Source: an uncultured Spirochaetota bacterium
Lineage (GTDB): Bacteria > Spirochaetota > UBA4802 > UBA5550
Direction of reading: 5' to 3'
NCBI GenBank assembly: GCA_963827275.1
Contig: CAWHAA010000010.1
Coordinates: 384,001 to 448,000, forward strand
DNA: 64,000 bases
Shown piece by piece: positions 9,058 through 18,203 of this stretch (position 1 is the stretch's first letter; every line of letters starts with the position of its first letter). The notes under the pieces are model-generated. The model had not been told where the DNA came from. It did not search any database and saw only the letters and a program-made list of their open reading frames with translations. Made by a program: the position numbers and the translations under genes.

Positions 9058-11139
9058 ATGGCAGACATAGAACTGAAAATCCGCAGCAGGGACATCGGCA
9101 CCCTGCTCAAGATGATAAAGATCAGCAACCCGGAGATCGACCTCACGGTCATCCAGAAGGCCTATCTTTTCGCCAACGCGGCGCACGAGGGCCAGGTGCG
9201 GCTCTCCGGCGAGCCCTACATCGTCCACCCGCTGGAGGTGGGCATCATCCTCGCCGGGTTCAAGCTGGACACCGATACCATCGCCGCGGCCCTGCTGCAT
9301 GACACGGTCGAGGACACCGGGACCACGCTCGACATGATCGAAAAGGTCTTCGGGACGGACGTCGCCCTCATGGTGGACGGCGTCACCAAGATTTCGTCCA
9401 TTAAAAGCAGGACCAAGGCAACGGCGCAGGCCGCGACACTCAGGAAGATGCTCATCGCCACGGTCAAGGACGTCCGCGTCATCATCATCAAGCTCGCGGA
9501 CAAGCTCCACAACATGCGCACCATCATGTTCCAGCCGCCCGAGACGCAGGAGCGCGTCGCCCGGGAGACACTGGACATATACGCCCCCCTGGCCCGGCGC
9601 CTGGGGATGTCCAAGATATCGGGCGAGCTGGAAGACCTGGCCTTCCGCGTGCTCGAGCCGGACGAATACAATGAGATCAGGAACAACATCGCGCAGCGGA
9701 ACACCGAGCTGGAGGCGTATCTGGACAGCGTCCGCGCCCTCCTGCTGGAGCGCCTCAACAGCCTCAACATCGACGCGGTCATAACGGGAAGGGCCAAGCA
9801 CTACTACTCGATCCACAAGAAGATCGTTGAGCAGGAAAAGACCTTCGAGGAGATCTATGACATCAGGGCGATACGGATCATCACCAAGGAGATACGGGAC
9901 TGCTACGGCGTGCTGGGCGTGGTCCACACCCTCTGGTCCCCCATCATCACGCGCTTCAAGGACTACATCGCGGTCCCGAAATCGAACATGTACCAGTCGC
10001 TCCACACCACGGTGATCGGCCCCGACGGGCACCGGCTGGAGGTGCAGATCCGCACGGAGAAGATGCACGCGACCGCGGAGATGGGGATCGCCGCCCACTG
10101 GCTCTACAAGGAGGACCCCGGTGCGCTGAAAAAAAACAGCAGGGCCCTCGCCTTTCTCAAGGACATCACCGAGCACCCGGAAGACCTCCGGGACACCCGC
10201 GAGTTCATGAAAAGCCTCAAGATGGACCTCTACGACAACGAGATCTTTGTATTCACGCCCAAGGGCAAGATCATAAAGCTCCCCACGGGCGCGACGCCCC
10301 TCGACTTCGCCTACGCCATCCACACGCAGGTGGGCAATACCACCGTGGGCGCCCGGGTGAACAACGCCATGGCGCCGCTGAAGACGCGGCTGAAGAGCGG
10401 CGACATCGTGGAGATCATGACCAGCAAGAAGGGGCACCCGTCCGAGTCGTGGCTCAAGCTGGTGGTGTCCCCCGGCGCGCGGAACAAGATCCGCGCATGG
10501 GTCCGCAGGCAGATGGAAGCCGGGACCAAGCCTCAGGAAGAGGAAAAACACCATGAGGAAAAACATCACGATGAGAAGGGACGGAAGGAGGACAAGGCCC
10601 GCAGGGACGACAAGACCGTGGCGGTGGCCATTCCCCAGGACGAGCAGATAAAGCTGAAGACCGTCTCGAAGCAGAAAAAAACCGGCATCACGATCAACGG
10701 GGCGTCCAACGTCCTGATACGGCTCTCCCAGTGCTGCCAGCCGATACCGGGGGACGACGTCGTGGGGTTCATCACCCGCGGCAGGGGCATCACGGTGCAC
10801 AAGCGCAACTGCCCCTCGCTCAAGCGCCTGGCGGGCGAGCCGGAGCGCATGATCAACATCGTCTGGGAGGGCTCACCCGACACCTTCTATCCCATCAAGG
10901 TCGCCGTGGAGGCCATCGACCGCCCCAACCTTCTCAAAGACGTCGCGGACGAGATCTCCCTGGGCAAGACCAACATAATAAAGGCCGAGGCGTACGTCGA
11001 GGAGAGCAAGCACGCCGTATTCAAGTTCATCCTCGAGGTCAGGGGCAATGACCATCTCAAGGAGATCATACACCGGCTGAAGAACATCAAGAACGTGACC
11101 AACGTGTACAAGCTGAACGAAAAGGTCATACTGAAATAG
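9058..11139 (+). CDS. rel: Bifunctional (p)ppGpp synthetase/hydrolase Rel
   Basis: Intact HD motif (ALLHDTVED), KLADKLHNMRT, YQSLHT, EVQIRT, TGS (TPLDFAY), CCQPIPGD and ACT domain; start ATG 9058 preferred over GTG 9037. Confidence 0.96.
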   Translation: MADIELKIRSRDIGTLLKMIKISNPEIDLTVIQKAYLFANAAHEGQVRLSGEPYIVHPLEVGIILAGFKLDTDTIAAALLHDTVEDTGTTLDMIEKVFGTDVALMVDGVTKISSIKSRTKATAQAATLRKMLIATVKDVRVIIIKLADKLHNMRTIMFQPPETQERVARETLDIYAPLARRLGMSKISGELEDLAFRVLEPDEYNEIRNNIAQRNTELEAYLDSVRALLLERLNSLNIDAVITGRAKHYYSIHKKIVEQEKTFEEIYDIRAIRIITKEIRDCYGVLGVVHTLWSPIITRFKDYIAVPKSNMYQSLHTTVIGPDGHRLEVQIRTEKMHATAEMGIAAHWLYKEDPGALKKNSRALAFLKDITEHPEDLRDTREFMKSLKMDLYDNEIFVFTPKGKIIKLPTGATPLDFAYAIHTQVGNTTVGARVNNAMAPLKTRLKSGDIVEIMTSKKGHPSESWLKLVVSPGARNKIRAWVRRQMEAGTKPQEEEKHHEEKHHDEKGRKEDKARRDDKTVAVAIPQDEQIKLKTVSKQKKTGITINGASNVLIRLSQCCQPIPGDDVVGFITRGRGITVHKRNCPSLKRLAGEPERMINIVWEGSPDTFYPIKVAVEAIDRPNLLKDVADEISLGKTNIIKAEAYVEESKHAVFKFILEVRGNDHLKEIIHRLKNIKNVTNVYKLNEKVILK

Positions 11140-11142
11140 TCC

Positions 11143-11748
11143 ATGAATATACTCCTGGGCTCCTCATCCCCGAGACGTAAACGCATCGTGGCATCGCTGG
11201 TGGACGACTTCAGTACCGCGCACCCTTCTATCGATGAAACGCCGATGGCATCCGAGGTCCCGGCCGCGTTCGCCGTCAGGATAGCGGAAGAAAAATGCCG
11301 GGCCATCCTGGAAACGGGCGCCCTGCCCGCCTGCCCCTCGCTGGTCATCACCGCGGACACCATCGTCACCATCGACGGCCTTGTCATCGGCAAGCCGGCC
11401 GACTTCGATGATGCGGTGGCGATGATTGCGCGGCTGAACGGCCGGACGCACCAGGTCATCACCGCCCTGACCCTCTGCGCGGCCGAACGGCCGGGGGAGA
11501 CCAGGACCGTGTCCGGCCGGGAGACGACCGAGGTGCGGTTTAAAAAGCTCGACCGCGAAGGGATCATCCGGTACCTCGGGGCAATCGACTACCGGGACAA
11601 GGCGGGCAGCTACGCCTTCCAGGAGCACGGCGGGATGATCGTGGAGGGGTTCCGCGGGTCGGCGACGAACATCATCGGGTTTCCGCTCCGCCTGTTCTTC
11701 TCGATGCTGTCTGACCTGGGGCTGGTGGACCGCGTCTTCAGGATATGA
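11143..11748 (+). CDS. maf: Maf-family nucleotide pyrophosphatase
   Basis: LGSSSPRR, ADTIV, GKP, DKAGSY, NIIGFP motifs. Confidence 0.93.
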   Translation: MNILLGSSSPRRKRIVASLVDDFSTAHPSIDETPMASEVPAAFAVRIAEEKCRAILETGALPACPSLVITADTIVTIDGLVIGKPADFDDAVAMIARLNGRTHQVITALTLCAAERPGETRTVSGRETTEVRFKKLDREGIIRYLGAIDYRDKAGSYAFQEHGGMIVEGFRGSATNIIGFPLRLFFSMLSDLGLVDRVFRI

Positions 11749-11879
11749 TTCCCCCCGCCCGCGCGGGTCACGAATCAGGGTCCGATCACCCTACCGCCCC
11801 CTGGCCCCCGTCGGGGGGACGTGGTAAGTGACAATGAGGGCCGGTTGGCGGACAGGCGTATCGGTCATTGCAGGCCCGC

Positions 11880-12638
11880 TTACTTTGGCTTCACGCAGGT
11901 GAAATACCAGTCCCAGGGCGGGTCCTCCTTCGGGTAATACATCTGCCCCGCCTCTCTCCACCTGGTCCACCGGTACGGGACCCTCACGATGTCAAAGTCG
12001 GCGAAACCGGCCTTGCCGAACCTGTATACAATTTCAAAGCGGTAAAAGGCCTTCTGTACATCGCCGTCAAAGTCAATTAATCCGTGAAACGCGTCATAGG
12101 ACTTGTGGTCCAGCTTCCTGGACGCCTGCAGCATCACTTTTTTCTGGGAGGCTTCCTTTTCCAGTTCCCGGTCGACAAAAAGCATGTTCTGGTAAATATA
12201 GGACTCCATTGCCGGAATGATGGCGAACAATCTTCCTCCCGGTTTGAGGATTTTGAATGCTTCGCATATCATCCTGTTCAGCTTCACAAGGTCCGAGGCG
12301 AGGATTGAGTTCACGGCCACCGCGGCATCGAAAGACGCTTCCATGCCCGCCATGCCGGCAATGTCCATGACCAGAAAATTCGCGTCAGACCCGGGGTTGT
12401 TCGCTTTCGCCAGTGCGATCATCTCCTGGGAGAAGTCAATCGCGGTGACGGTCCTGAAATTTTCATCAAGGAAAGGAACAAGCTCCCCGATGCCGCAACC
12501 CAGCTCAATGACCGATAATTTCTTTGACCTGAGGGCTTTCAGGTCGTCGATCAGCGGATTGTGCATGGCGTCTTTAAGAGGGCTTAATATTTCCGAATAA
12601 TAATCCCCTGATATCCTGTCCCATGCCTGCTCATCCAT
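11880..12638 (-). CDS. Class I SAM-dependent methyltransferase
   Basis: VIELGCGIG, AIDFSQEMI, ILKPGG motifs. Confidence 0.85.
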   Translation of the reverse strand: MDEQAWDRISGDYYSEILSPLKDAMHNPLIDDLKALRSKKLSVIELGCGIGELVPFLDENFRTVTAIDFSQEMIALAKANNPGSDANFLVMDIAGMAGMEASFDAAVAVNSILASDLVKLNRMICEAFKILKPGGRLFAIIPAMESYIYQNMLFVDRELEKEASQKKVMLQASRKLDHKSYDAFHGLIDFDGDVQKAFYRFEIVYRFGKAGFADFDIVRVPYRWTRWREAGQMYYPKEDPPWDWYFTCVKPK

Positions 12639-12904
12639 TATGCGCCAGTCTAGCCTCCTCCATAGTAGTTACTCAAATTGGACGTGGTAAAGATCCCGGC
12701 TCATTTTCTTAAACTGATCAAAATCCTTTGCTGTTTAAAACACAAGGCAACTGTTTATGGCTTTTACTCTGTTGCGAGACTACAGATCCGCCATCATCAT
12801 CCAGTCAATACCAATTATGTCACATGATTCCCGATATTGCAAGGAACTTTTTCCCGGATAATATATTCCCCATGTAAGTTATTTTATGATCATATAAATT
12901 ATGT

Positions 12905-14302
12905 TTGCTAAATAAAACCCTATCTGACATAATTAGCCAAATTGCACAGTTTATGGCATTGAAACCGGGGGGAATTCTTGTTTCAGCTCTGCTGATGGTC
13001 TGTTTTTCCCTGACAATTGTTTCATGTAAGCAACAATCCAAAACATCGATCCTTCCGCTTCCGGTTGCCGCCGGCAATGACGGCGGCGGAGATGATGGCG
13101 GGGATGTTTCCGCTACCGCGGTAATGCTTAACGGCAGTACACTCGCATTGAATAGGTATTCAAGCTATTACACGGCATTCAACAATGCCGGGTACGGAAT
13201 GGCGGTCTGGTATTCGGACGCAGGCAGTGACTCGCATATCGTCTACTCCATATATGATCCCGGCACGGGCGAATGGTCCGCGCCGCTGGAATTCGCCGAT
13301 AATATCAATTCCAACTACATACGGATCGCCAGCAACGGCGCCGGCTTCATGGTCGTATACGGCAGGAATTCAATCATATATGCCAGGCCATGGAGCGGCG
13401 GGACGCTGGGCGCACCGGTCAAAATATCGGGGAACAGCACCCAGACGGACGCGCCGAATGTGTCCTCAAACGGCAGCGGGTACTGCGCGGTGTGGCGCCA
13501 GTATGATACAGACCGACACAACCTGTACGCGGCTGTCCATAACGGCACATCGTGGGGTACTCCGGCGCGGCTTATCGATACCACTGATTATCCTGACGTG
13601 TGCGCGATCTCGACAAACAGCGCCGGGTATTGCGTCACCTGGCGTGAGAACAACAGGCTTTTCGCGGCCGTGTACGCGTCTTCATCATGGTCGGCGGGCG
13701 TGACTGTGGACGCGGGAGCGTATCCATCCAATTATAGCGTCGCCGGCAATGCCTCCCGGTATGTGATCGTGTTCCAAACCGGGTCAAACGATATTTACGC
13801 GAACATATACAATGCCGGGTGGGGCGTCGCCTCGCTGCTCGAAACCAGCGGCAATACGGCCCAGAGCCCGCGCGTCGCGTCCAACGGCTCCACCTTCTGC
13901 TGCGTGTGGCACCAGTATGACGGCACATATTATACTGTTTACGCGAGCTTCTACGACGGCAGCAGCTGGAGCGAGGCAGAGGCCATTGACAATGGCGATA
14001 ATTATGCCTATAATCCCGAAGTGACATCAGACGGGAGCGGTTATTGCGCGGTATGGTTCCAGGGTGACGGAACATCGGACAAAATATTCGCCAACCGGTA
14101 CACCGCGTCATGGCAGGGGGCCGAGGTCCTCAACCCGGACAATACCGAGGGATCGGGTTACCCGTATATCCGCTCAAACGGTTCCGGCTATATGGCGCAC
14201 TGGAATGAAACCGTGTACGGGCTCCTCCCGGGGAACGCCGACCTCAGGGGCTCATACCTCACCGGCGCTGACCTTACGGGCGCGGACCGCCGGGGACCTT
14301 GA
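12905..14302 (+). CDS. Lipoprotein with repeated beta-blade-like units (probable propeller); ends in a pentapeptide-repeat fragment
   Basis: Lipobox IVSC; repeats S[ND]GSGYCAVW.Q.D; tail ADLRG-SYLTG-ADLTG-ADRRG; start may be ATG 12953. Confidence 0.6.
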   Translation: MLNKTLSDIISQIAQFMALKPGGILVSALLMVCFSLTIVSCKQQSKTSILPLPVAAGNDGGGDDGGDVSATAVMLNGSTLALNRYSSYYTAFNNAGYGMAVWYSDAGSDSHIVYSIYDPGTGEWSAPLEFADNINSNYIRIASNGAGFMVVYGRNSIIYARPWSGGTLGAPVKISGNSTQTDAPNVSSNGSGYCAVWRQYDTDRHNLYAAVHNGTSWGTPARLIDTTDYPDVCAISTNSAGYCVTWRENNRLFAAVYASSSWSAGVTVDAGAYPSNYSVAGNASRYVIVFQTGSNDIYANIYNAGWGVASLLETSGNTAQSPRVASNGSTFCCVWHQYDGTYYTVYASFYDGSSWSEAEAIDNGDNYAYNPEVTSDGSGYCAVWFQGDGTSDKIFANRYTASWQGAEVLNPDNTEGSGYPYIRSNGSGYMAHWNETVYGLLPGNADLRGSYLTGADLTGADRRGP

Positions 14303-14459
14303 CACGAATCACCGCAGATCATGATCCGGCGCCCGCCCCACTCCGTCCCCGCTTCGACGCACCGTGTCCATATGAAAATATATTGACTTTAACCATCTAT
14401 CCTTCATATATAGGGCATCGGCAGCGCGGCGCCAATCTGAACCATTCCCGAGGTCCCAC

Positions 14460-15044
14460 ATGAAAAAGCGGAAAACCTATCTCATCGACAAGCAGTACCA
14501 GCTGCGGACGACCTTTTCGATAATCGGCATCGTGTCGATCATCACGGCCGTCATCCTGGGCGCCATTACCATCAGCGTGGTATACAACAACGGCATACTG
14601 AGGGAAAACAGCCATAAGATATCGAATATCTACGAGATTGAAAACAACATATTTACGTCGCTCTCGGAAATACCACGGGCCGTCATGGACCCCGCCACGA
14701 AGGCAGCCATAATCCAGAACACCCATAACCATGAAAAAAACATGGAGACCCTGAACAACATCACCGAGTATAACACGAAAATCATAACCTACAACAGGAT
14801 ACTGCTGTGGGCGATCATCCTGGTGATCCTCGTCCAATGCGTGGCCCTGTATATCATTCTCATCAGGCAGACACACCGGGTATCCGGACCCATATACGTC
14901 ATATCCAGCTTCATGAAGGACATCATTGCGGGCCGGCAGCCGACGCTCAGACCGCTCCGTCAGAAGGACGAGCTGAAGGAATTCTACGAGCTCTTCAAGC
15001 AGATGGTCGCCGCGGTACATGAACGGGAAAAGAAAAAGTCCTGA
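14460..15044 (+). CDS. Two-TM membrane protein with a HAMP-like C-terminus
   Basis: Two hydrophobic helices followed by HRVSGPIY...LRQKDELKE. Confidence 0.6.
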   Translation: MKKRKTYLIDKQYQLRTTFSIIGIVSIITAVILGAITISVVYNNGILRENSHKISNIYEIENNIFTSLSEIPRAVMDPATKAAIIQNTHNHEKNMETLNNITEYNTKIITYNRILLWAIILVILVQCVALYIILIRQTHRVSGPIYVISSFMKDIIAGRQPTLRPLRQKDELKEFYELFKQMVAAVHEREKKKS

Positions 15045-15074
15045 TGATACGACCGGAACGGGGAGCGGCCGCGC

Positions 15075-15434
15075 ATGCCTGACGACATTGCCCTCATCAT
15101 AGAAAAAGCCAGGGAGCTTTCCGCGTCCATACGCGGGCACGAGCTGACCAGGCGCTACAACGAGTGCCTGGCACGGATGAACAAAGACCGCACCGCGCAG
15201 GAACTTTACATGAAACTCATCTCCATGGGGAAGGAGCTGAACGACATCATGGCGGCCGGGGGCATCGTCCAGAGGCCGCAGACCTCGGAATATGAGCTCA
15301 TGCAGAAGGACCTCGAGAACAACCCGCTGGTCAGGGAATACATCCAGGCCCAGTCGGAATACCTCGACCTGTTAAAAAAAGTTACCGAAATGATCAAGAA
15401 CCCGGACCAGCAACAAGCCGATAGTTATCGGTAG
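15075..15434 (+). CDS. YlbF/YmcA-family regulator
   Basis: IIEKARELSASI...NPLVREYIQAQ helical signature. Confidence 0.7.
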   Translation: MPDDIALIIEKARELSASIRGHELTRRYNECLARMNKDRTAQELYMKLISMGKELNDIMAAGGIVQRPQTSEYELMQKDLENNPLVREYIQAQSEYLDLLKKVTEMIKNPDQQQADSYR

Positions 15435-15514
15435 TCCCCGGGGTCAGAGCAACCTGTCAACCGATAGTTATCGGTTGTCCCGGGGTCAGAGCAACTCAAC
15501 CGATAGTTATCGGT
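15401..15514. repeat. Three ~40-bp tandem units, each with a CCGATA-GT-TATCGG inverted repeat
   Basis: CCGATAGTTATCGGT starts at 15418, 15461 and 15500; near-identical linkers CCCGGGGTCAGAGCAAC. Confidence 0.9.
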
Positions 15515-15614
15515 ACCATCTTCATCCAATAATTTTATTAATAATAAAAATTCTTTTTATTATTAATCCTCCCGACTCGTTACCCGGATAAATCAACAAA
15601 AAAGGAGCTGCGCT

Positions 15615-15974
15615 ATGCAAAACTATCAGACGGTAACGATTGAAGGACGCGCGACGCATGACCCGGTGCTGAAGCAGACGAAGACCGGCAAGAACGTGTG
15701 CACGTTCTCGGTGGCGATGAACCACTATTCGAAGGAGGGCGCCGAGCCCCAGGTATCGTTCATCGACGTTGAAACTTGGGAAAAGCTCGCGGAGTACTGC
15801 TCGGGCAATGTTTCAAAGGGAAGGAGGATAATGGTCGCCGGCACCCTGCGGCAGGACCGCTGGGAAGGCCAGGACGGTAAAAAGCAGTCGCGGATCAAGA
15901 TCGTCGGAAAGGAAGTGCGGTTCATCGAGACCGTGAAAAAGCAGGATACCGAACCGATGCGAAAGGCGAGCTGA
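15615..15974 (+). CDS. ssb: Single-stranded DNA-binding protein (short, no acidic tail)
   Basis: GRATHDP, FSVAMN, VETWEKLAE, GRRIMVAGTLRQDRW OB-fold; AAGGAG RBS. Confidence 0.9.
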   Translation: MQNYQTVTIEGRATHDPVLKQTKTGKNVCTFSVAMNHYSKEGAEPQVSFIDVETWEKLAEYCSGNVSKGRRIMVAGTLRQDRWEGQDGKKQSRIKIVGKEVRFIETVKKQDTEPMRKAS

Positions 15975-16025
15975 CTTCTCCGCCCGGGGTGCCGTCTCCG
16001 CCGGCGTCCCGGGCCGCGGCCCTTG

Positions 16026-18203
16026 CTATGCGAGCGCCTTTTCTATGCCCTCGATAAGTCCCGCCACATACCGCTGCACGTCATCGATCTGACCGCGCGG
16101 GACCCTGAATCCTACAGCCCCCTCGTGGCCGCCCCCCTCTTCTATGGAAAAAAGTTCAATGACCTTTCGCAGGTCGAAGGTCTTAAACTTCTGCCCGCGC
16201 CGCAGGCGGAACTGGACCAGGCCGGAATGTTCGCCGTCGTCATAGGCGACCAGGCCGAGAAAGCCGCTCTCCTCGGCAAGGTGGTCGGCGATCGACCGCG
16301 TTACCGATACAATGGTATCACCGTCAAATTCGCCGTAGAGGTACCGCATGTCATCCTCTCCCAGGACCGTGTACCCGATATGCCGCGAGAATTTTTTTCC
16401 GCCTATGATATACCGGTAGCAGCGTTCCTCCACCGATGAAAGCCGCTGTATCTCATGGAAGATTTCGTCCTTGTTGACGAAGTTGGATTCCTTCGTCGTC
16501 TCCTGGGCCAGCATTGAATTATAGAGGTTGCTGAAAATATCATAATAGCGCTTCTGCCGTCTGGATATTATGTACTGGCCCATGCTGGTGTCTCCCACAA
16601 TCCCGGTAAGCACCGACAGGATCACGTTCCGGGAAAGCGGGTTCTGGACATTGTACCGCTGCATGATGTCCTGGCGCTTTGACAGCTTGAGGGCCAGGAG
16701 GCCCACCAGTTCGCTGGAGGAAGTCGCCTCCGTGACCAGCCGGTATCCCTCGTCGCCGATATACTGGCTGTCGGCGCCGAGGTGGTGGTCCACCTCAATT
16801 TTCAGAATCAGGCGGTCCTCCAGCATCCCCATGATTTCAGGGACCGCGTCGATCATCGCCGGCTTCGGCGTATCGCACACGACGATGACATCAACCGGAC
16901 CCGGCACCCGGTCCCCGGGGCCGATGCAGTCGATCGCGTTATGCGTGCAGATGTTGAGCAGGTACTGAAAATGCTCGTGGACCCCCTCGCTCAGATAGAT
17001 CGCGGCCTTCCGCCCGAACTTGCCTATAATGAGGGCAAAGGCGACCATCGAACCGATGCAGTCTTCATCAGGGCTTTTATGGCCCAGAAACAGAAAGTGG
17101 TTGTAGTGGCCCAGGGCATCGATGATATTTCCGACGATTCTGTTCTTTTCATATATCGTGGTTATCGCGCGCTTGATCAGATGGGCGGTCGGTTTCCAGG
17201 CGCCGTTCGCAACGAGCGCCACCTGGTTCCTCCCCCACTCCTTGGCCAGGTAGAGCGCCTGGTCTGCCATCTCTTTCAGCTTTGCGGGATCATCAGCATC
17301 ATCAGGAAACGAGGCGATGCCGATCGATATCGTGAGCCCTCCCTCGCGGCCGCCGCAGCCCTTCATCAGCCCCAGCGACTCCACCTCGGCCCTTCCCCGT
17401 TCCGCGATTTCCAGCGCCGTCTCGCACGGGGTATTGGGCATGAGAACGATGAACTCGTCCCCCCCGAACCGCGCGAGCAGGTCGCCCTCGCGCAGCACCC
17501 TGTTGAAGGCCCGCACGACCTCCACGATGCACCGGTCCCCGCCTTCATGCCCGTGTTCGGCGTTGATGTCACGGAAAAAATCGAGGTCCACCATGGCGAG
17601 CGACAGGGGCGAACCCTCGCTCCTGGCCCGGTCCACCTGGCCCGCCAGCGCGTCGTCGAGGAAGCGGCGGTTATAGGCGCCGGTGAGCTCGTCCGTGATT
17701 GACCGCCGCCGGGCCGCCTCGCCCCACTGCACCATGTCCGACAGGAACTCGCCGGTGCCGCGCAGCCGCTGCGTGGTGATGTTGAGCATCCGGTACATTA
17801 TTTTCACGGCGATATCGGGACGGCGCTCGATCATGCGGTAGAAGTCCCGCTCGTGGAGGCCGAGGAGCGTGCACGGCTCCGCGCAGACGCAGGTTGCGGA
17901 GCGCGGCGCGTTCTCGAATATCGACATCTCCCCGAAAAAGTCGCCCGGTCCGAACCGGGCGATATGCCGGTCGCTCCCGTCCTTGAGCCGCAGGGTGCTT
18001 GTCACGGCACCGCTCTTCACGATGAAGAGCTCGTTCCCGCGGTCGCCCTCCCTGAAGAGGACTTCGTTCATGCCGATCTCGTGTGTAGTGAAGAGTGCGC
18101 TGACGAAGCCGATATCGTCCGGCTCGAGGAGCGACAGGATCTCCACCCTGCTTAAAAAATCTATCTGGCTGTCCATCCGGTCCTGGTCCTGTTGCTCTGT
18201 CAT
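16026..18203 (-). CDS. cNMP-binding / GGDEF diguanylate cyclase / DHH-DHHA1 phosphoesterase fusion
   Basis: FGEMSIFENAPRSAT; DLDFF..IN...GH..GD, REGD I-site, RFGGDEF; GHKSPDEDC, EVDHH, GIVGDT, GGGH. Confidence 0.9.
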   Translation of the reverse strand: MTEQQDQDRMDSQIDFLSRVEILSLLEPDDIGFVSALFTTHEIGMNEVLFREGDRGNELFIVKSGAVTSTLRLKDGSDRHIARFGPGDFFGEMSIFENAPRSATCVCAEPCTLLGLHERDFYRMIERRPDIAVKIMYRMLNITTQRLRGTGEFLSDMVQWGEAARRRSITDELTGAYNRRFLDDALAGQVDRARSEGSPLSLAMVDLDFFRDINAEHGHEGGDRCIVEVVRAFNRVLREGDLLARFGGDEFIVLMPNTPCETALEIAERGRAEVESLGLMKGCGGREGGLTISIGIASFPDDADDPAKLKEMADQALYLAKEWGRNQVALVANGAWKPTAHLIKRAITTIYEKNRIVGNIIDALGHYNHFLFLGHKSPDEDCIGSMVAFALIIGKFGRKAAIYLSEGVHEHFQYLLNICTHNAIDCIGPGDRVPGPVDVIVVCDTPKPAMIDAVPEIMGMLEDRLILKIEVDHHLGADSQYIGDEGYRLVTEATSSSELVGLLALKLSKRQDIMQRYNVQNPLSRNVILSVLTGIVGDTSMGQYIISRRQKRYYDIFSNLYNSMLAQETTKESNFVNKDEIFHEIQRLSSVEERCYRYIIGGKKFSRHIGYTVLGEDDMRYLYGEFDGDTIVSVTRSIADHLAEESGFLGLVAYDDGEHSGLVQFRLRRGQKFKTFDLRKVIELFSIEEGGGHEGAVGFRVPRGQIDDVQRYVAGLIEGIEKALA

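Noticed and set aside
9043..10800. 585-aa antisense ORF and other long shadow ORFs (44674..45981, 51988..53265, 26910..28085)
   Set aside because: They lie opposite well-supported genes in GC-rich DNA and show no recognisable motifs
12905..14302. Diversity-generating retroelement target
   Set aside because: No reverse transcriptase and no near-identical TR/VR pair differing only at adenines was seen
15401..15514. CRISPR array
   Set aside because: The intervening sequences are near-identical rather than unique spacers, the core is only about 15 bp, and there are no cas genes
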